Assembly: GCA_030390025.1 (NCBI GenBank)
Contig: CM059432.1
Location: forward strand, 32,552,001-32,616,000
Length of the DNA: 64,000 nucleotides
From: Squalus acanthias
Lineage: Eukaryota
Reading direction: 5' to 3'
Of the stretch, positions 40,602-53,553 are shown in pieces. Numbering within the stretch: the stretch's first letter is position 1; each line of letters opens with the position of its first letter. The notes beneath the pieces were generated by a model, which worked only from the letters and a program-made list of their open reading frames with translations, had not been told where the DNA came from and did not search any database. Position numbers and translations under genes: made by a program.

Positions 40602-41665
40602 GGTCCGGACATGTCTTTTTAAAATGCCAAAACTTGGTTTTTGGTCTTAAATTCCTTATGTTCGGCCCAAATGCATTTTTATCACTCTGGGGTAGTTCCA
40701 AAGTCCTTTTTCCTTAGGTTTTGGGGATCTGCAAATTTTGGCAATCTTACACTGTAGCCCTACAGGTCTTCGGCAGACAAAACACAAGGAGAAAAAGTTG
40801 TATGGGAAATATCTTTTAAAAAAATGCAGCTTGGCTATTGTTAGTGACGTAAACAGATAACTAACCAACCAAATCAAATTAGCTGTCGGGTTATCAGTTA
40901 CAGGGCATCAGTCTTGTCAATTTGGTTGTATGGTCAGCATAGGCATAACAACATCAGAACTAAGAACTTGTAGCACCAAGAGGAGACCATTAGGTCCAAC
41001 AGGATTGTCCCTTTTGATAGATTATGAGATGGATATATTTTGAGGTGTCATTCAGTCCATTTTACCTCATCCAGAATCAACATCACCTTTAAACCTGTCT
41101 GTCTCCAGAAACCCAGATTTATTTTGATAGCCTCTCCTATTAACTTGTTCATAGGAACGTAGGAATTGCTAGATGAAAAAAGACCAAGGTCCATCTAGTT
41201 TGCCTTCGACCATCCCTGGTAGCTGCATGATACAATAATGGAGTTGTTGACTAATCATAGCAATTAATCTCAATCAATTAGTCTGCAACAGACCCAGACA
41301 TTAGACGAGGAAAGCCCCAGTGGAGGAGAGCTTTGGGAACCATAGGTCCAAAGTCACCTGTTCCCCCTCAAGCATGCTACACTTAACACGTTATGTCTCA
41401 AATTACTCGTACTGTATTCCAAAATGTGTATTTGACTGAATCAATACTAACTGCTTTCACCGTCTCCCTAGGGAGCCTGGTCCGTAGATTGACCACTCAC
41501 TCACTGAAATATTGTTTCCGCAGAATATCTTGTCCATGAGACCTGCTCATTCGATTCTATTCCCACTAAACTGCTGACCACTGAACTTCCCTTCCTGGCC
41601 TCCATGGTAGCTGATATTGTTAATGGTTCTCTCACCGCAGTTACTGTCGCCATCTCCTTCAAATC

Positions 41666-44600
41666 TTTTTTTTAAATTTGTTTATGGGATGTGGGTGTTG
41701 CTGGCAAGGCTAGCATTTATTGCCCATCTCTAATTGCCATTGAGAAGGTGGTGGTGAGCCACCGCCTTGAACCGCTGCAGTTTTTTGTCGTGAAGGTACT
41801 CCCACAGTGCTGTTAGGTAGGGAGTTCCAGGATTTTGACCCAGCGATGAAGGAGGATCGGCAATATACTTCTAAGTCAGGATGGTGTGTGACTTGGAGGT
41901 GGTGGTGTTCCCATGTGCCTGCTGCCCTTGTCCTTCTAGGTGAAAGAGGTCGCGGGTTTGGCAGGTGCTGCCGAAGAAGCCTTGGCAAGTTGCTGCAGTG
42001 CATCTTGTAGATGGTACACACTGCAGCCATGGTATGCCGGTGGCGGAGGGAGTGAATGTTTAAGGTGGTGGATGGGGTGCCAATCAAGCGGGCTGCTTTG
42101 TCCTGGATGGTGTTGAGCTTCTTGAGTGTTGTTGGGGATGCACTTATCCAGGCAAGTGGAGAGTATTCCATCACACTCCTTACTTGTGCCTTTGTAGATG
42201 GTGGAAAGGCTTTGGGGAGTCAGGAGGTTAGACACTCGCTGCAGAATACCTTGCCTCTGACCTGCTCTTGTTGCCACGGTATTTATGTGGCTGGTCCAGT
42301 TAAGTTTCTGGTCAAAGGTGACCCCCCAGGATGTTGATTGTGGGGGATTTGGTGATGGTAATTCCATTGAATGTCAAGGGGAGGAGGTTAGACTCTCGCT
42401 TGTTGGAGATTGTCATTGCCTGGCACTTGTGGCGCGAATGTTATCTGCCACTTATCAGCCCAAGCCTGAACGTCGTCTAGGTCTTGTTGCTTGCGGTCAT
42501 GGACTTCTTCATTATCTGAGGAGTTGTGAATGGCGCTGAACACTACAGTCATCAGCGAACATCCCCATTTCTGACCTTATGTTGGAGGGAAGATCATTGA
42601 TGAAGCAGCTGAAGATGGTTGGGCCTAGGACTCTGGAACTCCTGCAGCGATATCCTGGGGCTGTGATGATTCACCTCCGACCACCACAACCATCTTCCTT
42701 TGTGCTAGGTATGACTCCAGCCAGTGGAGCATTTTCCCCCTGATTCCCATTAACTTCAGTTTTACTAGGGCTCCTTGATGTCAAGGGCAGTCATTCTCAC
42801 CTCACCTCTGGAATTCAGCTCCTTTGTCCATGTTTGGACCAAGACTGCAATGAGGTCGGGAGCCGAGTGGTCTTGGCGGAACCCAAACTGGGCATCAGTG
42901 AGCAAGTTATTGGTGAGTAAGTGCCGCTTGATAGCACTGTCGATGACACCTTCCATCAATTTGCTGATGATTGAGAGTAGACTGATGGGGTGGTAATTGG
43001 CTGGGTTGGATTTGTCCTGCTTTTTGTGGATCGGACATACCTGGACAGTTTTCCACATTGTCGGGTAGATGCCAGTGTTGTAGCTGTACTGGAACAGCTT
43101 GGCTAGAGGCGCGGCTAGTTCTGGAGCACAAGTCTTCAGCACGATAGCTGGGATGTTGTCGGGGCCCATAGCCTTTGCTGTATCCAGTGCGCTCAGCCGT
43201 TTCTTGATATCACGTGGAGTGAATCGAATTGGCTGAAGACTGGCTTCTGTGATGGTGGGGACCTCAGGAGTAGGCCGACATGGATCATCCACTCTGCACT
43301 TCTGGCTGAAGATGGTTGCAAATGCTTCAGCCTTGTCTTTTGCACACATGTGCTGGGCTCCATCATCATTGAGGATGGGGATATTCATGGAGCCTCCTCC
43401 TCCCATTAGTTCTTTAATGGTCCACCACCATTCATGACTGGATGTGGCAGGACTGCAGAGCTTTGATCTGATCCGTTCACTGTGGGCTCACGTAGATTTT
43501 TCTATAGCATGCTGCTTCTGCTTTTTAGCATGCATGTAGTCCTGTGTTGCAGCTTCCCCAGGACGGCACCTAATTTTTAGGTACGCCTGGTGCTGCTCCT
43601 GGCATGCTCTTCTACACTCCTCATTGAACCAGGGTTGGTCCCCTGGCTTGATGGTAATGGTAGAGTGAGGGAAATGCCGGGCCGTGAGGTTACAGATTGT
43701 GGTGGAATACAATTCTGCTGCTGCTTAATGGCCCACAGCGTCTGGTAGTGGTAGTGCCACACAACACGATGGAGGGTGTCCTCAGTGTGAAGGCAGGACT
43801 TCGTCTCTACAATGACTGTGCGGTGGTCATTGCTACCAATACTGTCATGGGCAGATGCATCAGTGACCGGTAGATTGATGAGGACGAGGGTCAAGTAGGT
43901 TTTTCCCTCGTGTTGGTTCTCTCACCACCTGTTGCAGGCCCAGACTGGCAGTTATGTCCTTCAGGACTCGGTCAGTAGTGGTGCTACCGAGCCACTCTTG
44001 GTGATGGACATTGAAGTCCCCCACCCAGAGTACATTCTGTGCCCTTGCTACTCTCAGTGCTTCTTCCAAGTGGTGTTCAACATGGAGGAGTACTGATTCA
44101 TCAACTGAGGGAGGGTGGTAGGTAGTAATCAGCAGGAGGTTTCCTTGCCCATGCTTGACCTGAAGCCATGAGACTTTGAGGTCCGGAGTCAATGTTGAGG
44201 ACTCCCAGGGCCAGGCCTTCCTGGCTGTATACCACTGTGCCGCCACCCCTGGTGGGTCAGTCCTGCCGGTGGGACAGGACATACCCAGGGATGGTGATGG
44301 AGTTTGGGACATTGGCTGAAAGGTATGATTCTGAGAGTGTGACTAGGTCAGGCTGTTGCATGACTAGTCTGTGGGACAGCTCTCAGTTTTGGCACAAGTC
44401 CCCAGATGTTGGTGAGGATTTTGCAGGGTCGACTGGGCTGGGTGTGCCATTGCCGTGTCCGTAGCCGGTGCCGAGGTCAATGTCAGGTGGTCCATCTGGT
44501 TTCATTCTTATTATTGTGTTCAGAGGGCAGTTAAGAGTCAACCACATTGCTGTGGGTCTGGAGTCACATAGGCCAGACCAGGTAAGGATGGCAGGTCTTA

Positions 44601-44698
44601 CTTCCTTAAAGGACATTAGTGAACCAGTTGGGGTTTTAAGACCATCTTTGTGGTCACTTTTATTGACACCAGCTTCTTATTTCAAGATTTTTTTTTTT
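41666..44698 (-). mobile_element. Near full-length family-B LINE (single EN-RT ORF remnant, SINE-like 5' end)
   Basis: Minus-strand fragments WVGDFNVHH, KAMGPDNIP, ANYHPISLLSII, QFGFRQDHS, ALDIK and MEYSPLAW; poly-T tail at 41666; frameshifted. Confidence 0.88.
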
Positions 44699-44939
44699 GC
44701 ACTTTAACATGGGTCAGAAACTTACCTTCATGAGTAATTAAAAATCATCACCCAAAAAAAGTACTTCAAAAGTACAAACTTTTTAAAAAAAAATCAGAAA
44801 TATGGAAAATATCTCCAATAAAAACCTTGTAACAAAATAAAACAGGCCAGGCCTGCTCCCTTTTAGGAGTTTCATCACATATGGAGCTTCCCTTGCCTCC
44901 ATTGAAGGCAAAAAGCCCAGTCCTGGAACAAAGGCTGGG

Positions 44940-45230
44940 AATTTTTTTTCCATTCTTGGGCTGTGGCGTTGCTGGCGAGGCCAGCATTTATTGCCCATTC
45001 CTAGTTGCCCTTGAGAAGATGGTGGTGGCCCTTCTTGAAATGCTGCTGTCCACGTGGTAAAGGTACTCCCACAGTGCTGTTGGGGGAGATCCAGGATTTT
45101 AACCCAGCGACATTGAAGGAACACTATGTTCCAGTCAGGACAGTGACTTGGAGGTGATCGTGTTCCCATGCAGCTGCTGCCCTTGTCCCTCTAGGTGGTG
45201 GAGATCACAGGTTTGGGAGGTGCTGCCAAA
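44940..45230 (-). mobile_element. Family-B LINE 3' fragment
   Basis: Matches 41670-41970. Confidence 0.75.
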
Positions 45231-45770
45231 GAATGATTTATTTAAATATGTTTCCTAAGCATTAAAGAAGCTATGGCAAGAAGTCCACATTAGAATTCTG
45301 GCATAGAACTTGCAGCTAGCTGGAGTGTTGCAAGCAGAAGGAAACTGGTTTAAATCTTGCCGAATGCCTACTCCCAAAAATCCGATCATTCTGCTTCTGA
45401 GTCGCCAGCGTAGCTGATCAGAAAATCTACCCAAGTGTACAAATGTTTCTCATGCAACAAGTTACTACATAAATGCAAGTCCTTTTCTCACCCCCCGGTC
45501 GCTGACTGACCTTGCTGTCTATTTGTAAAATTTCCTGTTGTAAAAGGAAGGGCCGTTTTAGCTTGGGTGAAGTTATGCTGCTTCTTTGAGCACCAGCATC
45601 ATTAGACACTTCATACTCTCCCGCAGCCATGTAATATGCTGGGAGAGGCAGAACAACAGGAGAAAAACCAGGGCCAATAAGGGGAAAAAATACTCTGGAA
45701 AATTCCTCTTCAAACCCCCTCAGGCAATTGAAACCAATGAGAAAACTATTTCCATATAGTTTAATGATTT

Positions 45771-47958
45771 CAGAGTCATGACGGCACAGAAGGAGGCCAT
45801 TCGGCCCATCGAGTCCGCGCCAGCTCTCTTTAGAGCAATCCAGTCAGTCTCATTCCCCTGCTCCATCCCCCGTAGCCCTGCAAGTTTATTTCCCTCAAGT
45901 ACCTATCCAGTCTCCCCTTGAAAACAATGAGTGTGTCCGCTTCAACCACTTCCGTCGACAGCGAATTCCAAGTCATCACCACTCGCTGCGTAAAAGTTTT
46001 TCTTCACGTCCCCCCTGTATCTCTTGCCCAAAACCTTAAATCGGTGTCCCCTAGTCCTTGTACCATCAACTAGTGGGAACAGCCTTTCCCCGTCTAGCCT
46101 ATCCAAACCCGTCATAATCTTCTACACCTATCAAATCACCCCGCAACCGCCTTTGCTCTAATGAAAACAAATCCAGCTTCTCCAACCTGTCCTTGTAGCT
46201 AAGATCCCCCATCCCCGGAACCAGTCTGGTAAATCTCCTCTGCACCCTCTCGGGCCTTCACATCATTCCTAAAGTGTGGTGACCAGAACTGGACGCAATA
46301 CTCCAGTTGTGGCCTAACCAGCACTTTATAAAGGTTCAGCATAACTTCTCTACTTTTGTACTCAAAAGCTCTATTTATGAAACCCAAGATCCCATATGCT
46401 TTGCTAACCACTCTCTCAATATGTCAAGCCACCTTCAGGGACCTATGCACATAAGGCAGGAGTAGGCCATTCGGCCCCTCAAGCCTGCTCTGCCATTTAA
46501 TGAGATCATGGCTGATCATCCAAATTAGCTCCCAGGTCCCTCTGTCCCTGCACACTCTTTAAAACTGTGCTATTAAGTGTATATTGCCTCTCCCTGTTCT
46601 TCTGCCAAAATGCATCACCTCACACTTCTCTATTAAATTCCATCTGCCACTTGTCTGCCCATTCTGCTAGCCTTTCTATGTCCTGTTGCAGTCGATTGGT
46701 ATCATCCTCACTTTGCCACACCCCCAAGTTTGGTGTCATCTGCAAATTTAGAAATTCTACTCTGTATTCCAATATCCAGGTCATTATATCAAAAAAAGCA
46801 GTGGCCCTAGAACTGACCCTTGGGGAACACCACTATCTACCATCCTCCAAAACAGCCATTTACCACAACTCGCTGTTTTCTGTCCTTAAGCCAATTCCTT
46901 ATCCAAGCTGCTACTGACCCACCTATTCCATGAGCCTCAATTTTGTTAACCAGCCTTCTATGTGGTACTTTGTCAAACGCCTTCCTAAAATCCATGTAGA
47001 CAACATCCATTGCATTCCCTTCATCGATCCTCCCTGTTACTTCATCCAAACATGATCTGCCTTTTACAAATCCATGTTGGCTCTCCTTAATTAGCTTAAA
47101 CCGCTCCAAGTGCCCATTCATTTTTTCCTTGATTATTGTTTCTAAAACTTTACCCACTACTGATGTTAAACTGACCGGCCTGTAGTTACTAGGATTGTCC
47201 TTGCACCCTTTCTTGAACAATGGTGTCACATTTGCCACTTTCCAATCCTCAGGCACCTCCCCTGCATCTAGGGAAGATTGGAAAATTATAGCAAGCCCTT
47301 CTGCTATCTCCTCCCCCAATTCCCTTAGCAACCTGGGATGCAAGCTATCTGGACCAGGTGACTTATCCACTCTAAGCATAAGTCTTTCTAGTACATCCTG
47401 TCTATCAATTTTCACCCCTTCCATTGCTTCTACCTTTTCCACTTCTACCGATATTTTGTCAGCATCTATCTCCTTTAGGATACAAAGTACTCATTGAGTA
47501 TTCTAGCCTTGCCCTGCGACTCTAAGCATATATCACCACCTTTGTCTCTCATAGACCCCACCCCACCTCTTACTACCCGCTTACTGTTTACATGCCGGTA
47601 GAAGATTTTTGGGTTCCCTTTTATGTTAACTGCCATTCTACTCTCATTCTCTCTTTGCCAATCTTATTTTCATCTTCATTTCCCCTCTCAATTTATTGTA
47701 TTTGGTCTAGTTCTCCCTTGAAGAATTCACCCGACATGCATCATACACCTTTTTTTGTTTCTTCATCTTCTCTATCTCCCTCGTCATTCAAGGAGCCCTT
47801 GCTTTGGTTCCCTTACCCTTCCCTCTTGTTGGAATTTACCTAGCCTGTACTTGGAACATCTCCTCCTTAAAGATCACCCATTGTTCCATTACAGTTTTTC
47901 CTGTCGGTCTTTGGTTCCATTTTACCCTGGCTAGATCCTTTCGCATCCCATTGAAGTT
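45771..47958 (-). mobile_element. 5'-truncated CR1 LINE (third subfamily), with a short CR1-tail insert near 46453-46525
   Basis: [34 protein letters not shown] and RPQLEYCVQFW; near-identical to 57481-58610. Confidence 0.88.
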
Positions 47959-48847
47959 AAAAAAAAAGTCTCAACATACAACAGGTATCAAAGCTTTATT
48001 TGAAATTAGTACAAAGTTTCTTGTGATAAAATATTAACAAAAATAGCACAGACTCTTCTACACAGTACAATGCCATCTGATAGAGGGTAGGTTACTACAT
48101 TAACTCTACCAAGCACTTTCCTAATCAAATATGTACAGCTAGAAACCCATAAATATTAAAATTCTGGTCTAAAAAGAAATATAAATAATGTACAAGATCA
48201 TCAAAAGGGGCTATCTTACCCAATCTTAGTTTGAGTTTTCTTTCCTTCCTTTCCCCCCTGGGACAATCACCTTGAGCCTGTTTGCTGGCTCTCTTTAAAA
48301 GCAGTAAGCTCAGGGTTACTGTGAATCAAGAAGGCACTGATATTTGGGGAGGATGCCTACTTCTAGGCAGTAAATTAAAGTTTAAATCTTTGAAAGTAAG
48401 GAACCATGTGAGCAACATTGAAATTGTTTCTCCAGCCCCAACACCACATCTCAGATGAACTGAGTGAAATATGCACTATTTTTGCACTTTTACCATTTTC
48501 TTATTTTCTTCATGTCTCTTGTACTATGTCAGGGTTAAAATGGGACTAGTTTTGATAGTCTAAAAGGATCAGGGAGGAATTTTCCAGAATTTTTTCCCTT
48601 AATTGGCTTGGTTTTTTTTAGTCTATTTTTTGCCTCTCCCAGGAGATGAAATGGCTTCGGGTGGGTAGGGAGTATCTATATTGAAGGTTTCACAACTATA
48701 TAGGGCAAGCTAGATGGATCAGTTGGTCTTTTCCTGTCCTACATTTTTGTTCATATATTCTCATCATAACCACTTGAGCAATTTTTCCATCTCTGCAGAC
48801 ATAATTTTCTGTTCTATGTTGCGGAGTGTGGTGTGAAAAGAATGAAG

Positions 48848-48991
48848 GGACTTGTATTTATATAGCAACTTTCATAACCTTTACACCCAACAAAGTACTT
48901 AAGTGTAGTCACTGGTAATATAGGTAAATCCGGCAGCCAATATGCACGCTGTAAGGGCCCACAAACAGCAATGAGATAATGACCAGATGAT
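48848..48991 (-). mobile_element. DeuSINE 3' part, continued at 51043-51078
   Basis: ...cacaaacagcaatgagataatgaccagat| continues as |aatctgtttcagtggtattggttgagggataaatat, as in intact copies. Confidence 0.75.
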
Positions 48992-51042
48992 GGGGGAAAA
49001 CATTTGTGGCTGCCATGAGAGTCACCGGCATCTTGGGCATTTACAACAGCTAAAATGAACGAAGCGCTACCGGAGAAAAATTCACGCTGGGGCCTAAAGA
49101 TTTTTTGTATAACGCCCTCCTGGTGGTGCTTAGTGAAGGCATGAAAGTCTAAGTTCCTGTCCTAAGTGGAGTTCCAGCTTCCAACAGCCTCTGGAAGGGT
49201 GGCTATGGAGTTTGCAAGGAATTGTGGGTAATTAAAAGGGCAATACATTCAGAACTAATAAAATGAAATGAAAAATGCAGTTTTCAGCCCTTACTCCCTT
49301 AAAAAAAAAAGTCTCAAAGGGGAGTCTTCAGCACTTAAAGCTGAATTCCCTTCCGTACCTCAAAAAATGAGAAAATTGCTTCAGTAAGCCAGGGACGGGG
49401 TACCCAGGGTCTCACATACAGCATTCCAGCTTTCTCCAGGGGATCAACACTGCAAGAGAGGCCCTCCAGAAAGAAGGACGTGGGACCAGATCACTGAGGC
49501 CGTCACTGCCAGCAGTGTCGCCCCCCACCACCTGGCTCCAGTGCCCAATGAAGCTTCTTAACCTCAGACCAGTGATCAAGGTCAGTGAATGCATCTTCAA
49601 AAGCCGTCTCCTACCAACTGCACCACTAGCCTCACACACTGCTCAATGCACGACTCCACCCCCCCGCATTACTCACCTACCAACAATCTGTACCAATCAC
49701 AAGGCACACTTCTCAGTCCTAATTTCACCTCACGCCTTTGGAGGAGACGGTGCAGGCCATTCTTGGCAGGGGCATAGCTGAGCCCTTGGCCAGTGGTGGG
49801 GTAGAAAGGATACAAGATGCTGGTATCCTCATATGTTATCCTCCTTCTGGAATGCACCTCTTACTTTCCCACCCTCCCCTCACCACAATTCCACCCTTGT
49901 GCCTTCCTCATTTTACACACCAAAGAAATGCAGCCTATCTAGCCAATGATTGGCCAAGAGAGGGAGAGGAAAGTGAAGAAGAAACACCATCACTTGATTT
50001 CACACTCCCAGCCACCAGCTCCTCAAGGTTGATCTGCAAGGCCATTTCCAATGTCCCCCACAAAGTCAGCAGCTTTCCACCAGCTATGCTGCAGCCACTG
50101 GGATAGCACTGCATGACATCAGTAGAATAGGCAAAGGCACAAACAAGACAGTCACTAATGGAATGCATAGGGTGATGAGTTGATTTCTAGATGTATGAAG
50201 TTAGATTGGAAAGTGTGCTTTGTGGTGTCTTATTTCAGCATCATGGTCAAGAGGACGCTGTGATGATCAGTAATAGAGGGAAGGTAAAGTGTGGGACTAA
50301 TGTTGAAAGGAGAATTGGGGTTGTGGTCACTGTTGCTGTAGACGGATGATTCCATCCCAGATATCACAGCCAGAAAGGGGCTGTCTGGGTTGCATCCTCC
50401 CTTCTGCTTCCTCCTCTTCGGTTTCTTCCTCTTCTACGTCTACCTCTTCCCTTTGCGAGCGGATGCTGTAAATCTGAACTGACAGCATAACATACTGGAA
50501 ATAATCAGCAGGTCAGGCAGCACCTTAACCTGAGATGTGAACTCTTTCTCTCTCCATGGATGTTGCCTGACCTGCTGAGTATTTGCAGCTGTTTGTCTTC
50601 TCAGACTCCTTCCTTTACCATCTGAGGCCTTGCAAGCATCCAGCAGCACTCCCTACGCACTTAAAAAACTTTTAACATCTATTGCAGCAAGCCACTACTT
50701 TAATAAAATCAAAAAAAACCAGTCCAAAAGCTTAAATACAAACTTGTGTGAAAGATGTTTGTGTCCCTTTAAGAGGTGTTGACAGCACTTCTGTGAGTCT
50801 GCTGCATGCTGGGGTTACCTGGCGAGCTCAGGACCCAGTGCTGGACTCAGCACAAAGGTCCAAGTTCGCCATGTGTCACCACCCCCTCATTTTACTTTGC
50901 AGGGCGATACATCTTAATGGCAGCGCTGCTGAGCCTGGGAAAATGGAGGACGCCACGAGACCCGCTACCAGCTGGCGAAAGAACGGCGGCCGCCCTCTTC
51001 GCGACAATAACGGGTGGCGTAAAGCCCCTGAATTTTTAGCCC
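48992..51042. mobile_element. Degraded PIF/Harbinger-like DNA transposon
   Basis: Splits a DeuSINE; imperfect TIRs gggggaaaacattt / aatttttagccc; 3-bp TSD gat/aat; Myb/SANT-like remnant WDQITEAVTASSVAP..TWLQC..K at 49481-49580. Confidence 0.6.
50462..50600. mobile_element. Penelope-derived palindromic terminal fragment
   Basis: Inverted pair cagcaggtcaggcagca / tgcctgacctgctg, similar to the 3' end of the Penelope piece at 59850-59930. Confidence 0.55.
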
Positions 51043-51078
51043 AATCTGTTTCAGTGGTATTGGTTGAGGGATAAATAT

Positions 51079-51617
51079 TGATGGGCAATGTGTCAACATT
51101 TCTTGGAAACCACATGACTCAGACTGCAGACATTGTGACCCCAAATAAACATGTTATTTGAAACCACAGGAGACATGATGTCTCGGACCTAGATGGACAT
51201 CTTGCCATTGTTGCAAAAAGACTTTGCAACCAGCAAAAGAACTTTGCAACTCGACATGGTTGCAAAAGGACTTTGCAACCAGCAAAAGACTTTGCAACCA
51301 GCAAAAGAACTTTGCAACCAGACATGTCAATCAATTGAAACCTGCCTGCATCAGAAAGATATAAAAAGACCCTTAGCCGGACTCTCAGCACTGCAGTCGG
51401 TGGGGAAGACAGAAGACCCATCTTGGAGGACGTCCATGAAAGAATACCGCGGAACTGATCATTTCACTGCCTTGACACAAAACTCTCAAAGGAAAAGGTT
51501 ATACATATTGTTGTCTATAAAATATAAACTTTGCTTTATTTTACTGGATTGTTGTATTATACTATTTGGCTTTCTATCGCTTGGGCCCATAAATCCTGGT
51601 CCAATAGAATCACTACA
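51079..51617 (+). repeat. 5' LTR
   Basis: Starts TG(ATGG), matches 60559-60928 over ~400 bp, TATA box at 51360, ends CA just before the PBS (exact 3' end uncertain by a few bases). Confidence 0.88.
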
Positions 51618-51621
51618 GGTT

Positions 51622-51639
51622 TGACACCCAAACAAGGAC
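51622..51639 (+). promoter_or_regulatory. Primer-binding site, tRNA-Lys(UUU)-like
   Basis: TGACACCCAAACAAGGAC versus canonical TGGCGCCCGAACAGGGAC: 14/18 identical, all mismatches G>A. Confidence 0.75.
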
Positions 51640-51719
51640 CTGACAAATAGATTGCCAAAGCAGACTATCTTGTCCAGTGGTAGAACAGAAATAGGGTTTT
51701 TGGCTGGGGACATAGCAGG

Positions 51720-52700
51720 ATACTAAAATGGAAGAAGCAATGTAGAATAGAAAAGAAGTTGCCTAGGAGAGAGAAATGGTTTCCAACAGAAGAGCACCAC
51801 GTCGAACCCTTTATGGCATAGGTGGTCATGTTGAAAGAATGGCTGGCTTTGAAGAAACAAGCTGTATGGTTACTGGCCCTCAAAAAGGAAAAAGATAATA
51901 AAAGGTAAAAAAGATAAGCAAGAACTAAAAACAGAAGTTGATAACCTAAAAGCGAGTTAGAAGGAGTAAAAGAGCAATTAAAAAAGACTCTCAATGCTTA
52001 GGATAGAGTGGATCAGAATACTGAAAAATGCATCCAAACCCTAGAAGGGCATGTAGAATATTTCAGAGCCAGGCTCTGGCTAAAGAGGGAAAACTAGCTG
52101 AGTCAGGCAGCCCAAGAAGAAACATTAGATAAAATGAAAACCAAAGGAATCATTTAAAAGCGGCCGTATGGGTTCAATTGAATGCCAATAAGGAAAGCCG
52201 TAGCGGGTCAGAGGCATCACACAATCGCTATAAACATAAAATCATAAAACTAGAAAAGGCCCTACAAGTGAAATATGGAATTATCTGTACTATGAAAGGA
52301 GATAATAGTGACAGCGATTTGGACGATCAGGACTGGGATGACCTAGAGCGGGAATCTGCGGAGTATGAACATCATGACCATGGGGTGAGTGTTCCCCCCC
52401 CACCCCCTGCAATGGCCCCAAAGGAACAAATCAAGTATAATGTTGACCCCAACACCGGCCTAAGGGGAACCATAGCCAGTAGGTACGCCTTTGCCAAGAG
52501 CCCACAGAACGGGGGGGCCCTAGAGATTAACTGGTTTTACGGGGAATACCCAAACTGGAGTTGAATCCAAGCCAATTCCTACAAAGATAGGAACTAGTGA
52601 GAGTACGTGGGTGTGTGTACTTATGAATCTGCTGAATAAGAAAGGGTTGTTGGGAGCAGATATACTGGTGGGTAGGTGAAGGATTTAGCAAACAGCGCTA
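51720..52700 (+). pseudogene. gag: gag remnant (N-terminal coiled-coil and acidic/Pro-rich region; distal gag and protease apparently deleted)
   Basis: Position between the PBS and pol; heptad-like DKQELKTEVDNLK..ELEGVKEQLKK and SDSDLDDQDWDDL...PPPPPAMAP; no recognisable CCHC or DTG motif. Confidence 0.55.
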
Positions 52701-53454
52701 TTTGGCAAGCTGAGGAGATAGAGATAGAGGAACCCCATAGTAATACCCGGATATGGAGAAATCTGAGTGATCACCAAGGTACGGGGTATGATTTGGACGG
52801 AATATCACGCAATCTACCCCCAAAATACAAGAAGTGGTGAAAGAAAACGAGGTGGCGTTCGCCAAACATAAACACGGTCGTGGTAGAATGAAGGGGGTGG
52901 TTGACATGGAAGGATCCGGCCTGCCCCATCCATTAATGCAATATTGCTTCCCACGAGAAGCGAATGAGCATATTAGAAAGCTTATTGACTCACTCTTCCA
53001 GCATGGTGTTTTGCACCCAATAGTGACAAACTCACCTATTTAGCCTGTCAGAAAATCCGATGGCTCCTAGCGACTATCCATTGATTATGGACAAGTAAAT
53101 AAGGCAATGCCCTCATGCGCTCCAACGGTGACATCAGCACCGATGGTGCTCATGAGACCGACCCCAAAATCCTCTGTGTTCACGGTATTGGGCATATTAA
53201 ATGGGTTTTGGTCCATTCCCCTTAATCAGGAACACCAATACAAGTTTGCATTTATATTCCAGGACCAACAGTATACCTGGATTTGCTTACCACAGGGGTT
53301 CCACAATTCTACCTCTATTTTCCACCAACAAATGGCTAAAGCCATAATTCAATTTAGCCAGCCTGAATGCTTGATACTGCATGTAGACAATTTGCTGTTG
53401 TATACATGGAAAGTCATGTGATATTGTTAAGCGAGCTGTTACAGTTGTTAACCA

Positions 53455-53553
53455 AAAGTGAGAAGTCGCACAACACCAGGTTATAGTCCAACAGTTTTAT
53501 TTGAAATCACAAGCTTTCGGAGCTGCTGCCCCTTCGTCAGGTGAAGTGAGTAG
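53455..53553 (-). mobile_element. 99-bp Penelope-derived terminal fragment inserted in RT
   Basis: 11-bp TSD gttgttaacca (53444-53454, 53554-53564); removal restores ELLQLLTREGLKINPIKAQ. Confidence 0.8.
53508..53543 (-). ncRNA. Minimal type I hammerhead ribozyme motif
   Basis: Minus strand: CAC CUGACGA A GGGGC-AGCA-GCUCC GAAA GCUU GUG; conserved core, 5-bp stem II, palindromic AAGCUU. Confidence 0.7.

Noticed and set aside
45530..45638. Minus-strand exon YYMAAGEY...QIDSK with AG/GT boundaries
   Set aside because: The acceptor side (tgcctctcccag...atggct.cggg) belongs to a repeat also seen near 48630, and the peptide is unrecognised; too weak to call.
51209..51321. CRISPR-like repeat array
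   Set aside because: Eukaryotic LTR tandem repeats with no unique spacers and no cas genes.
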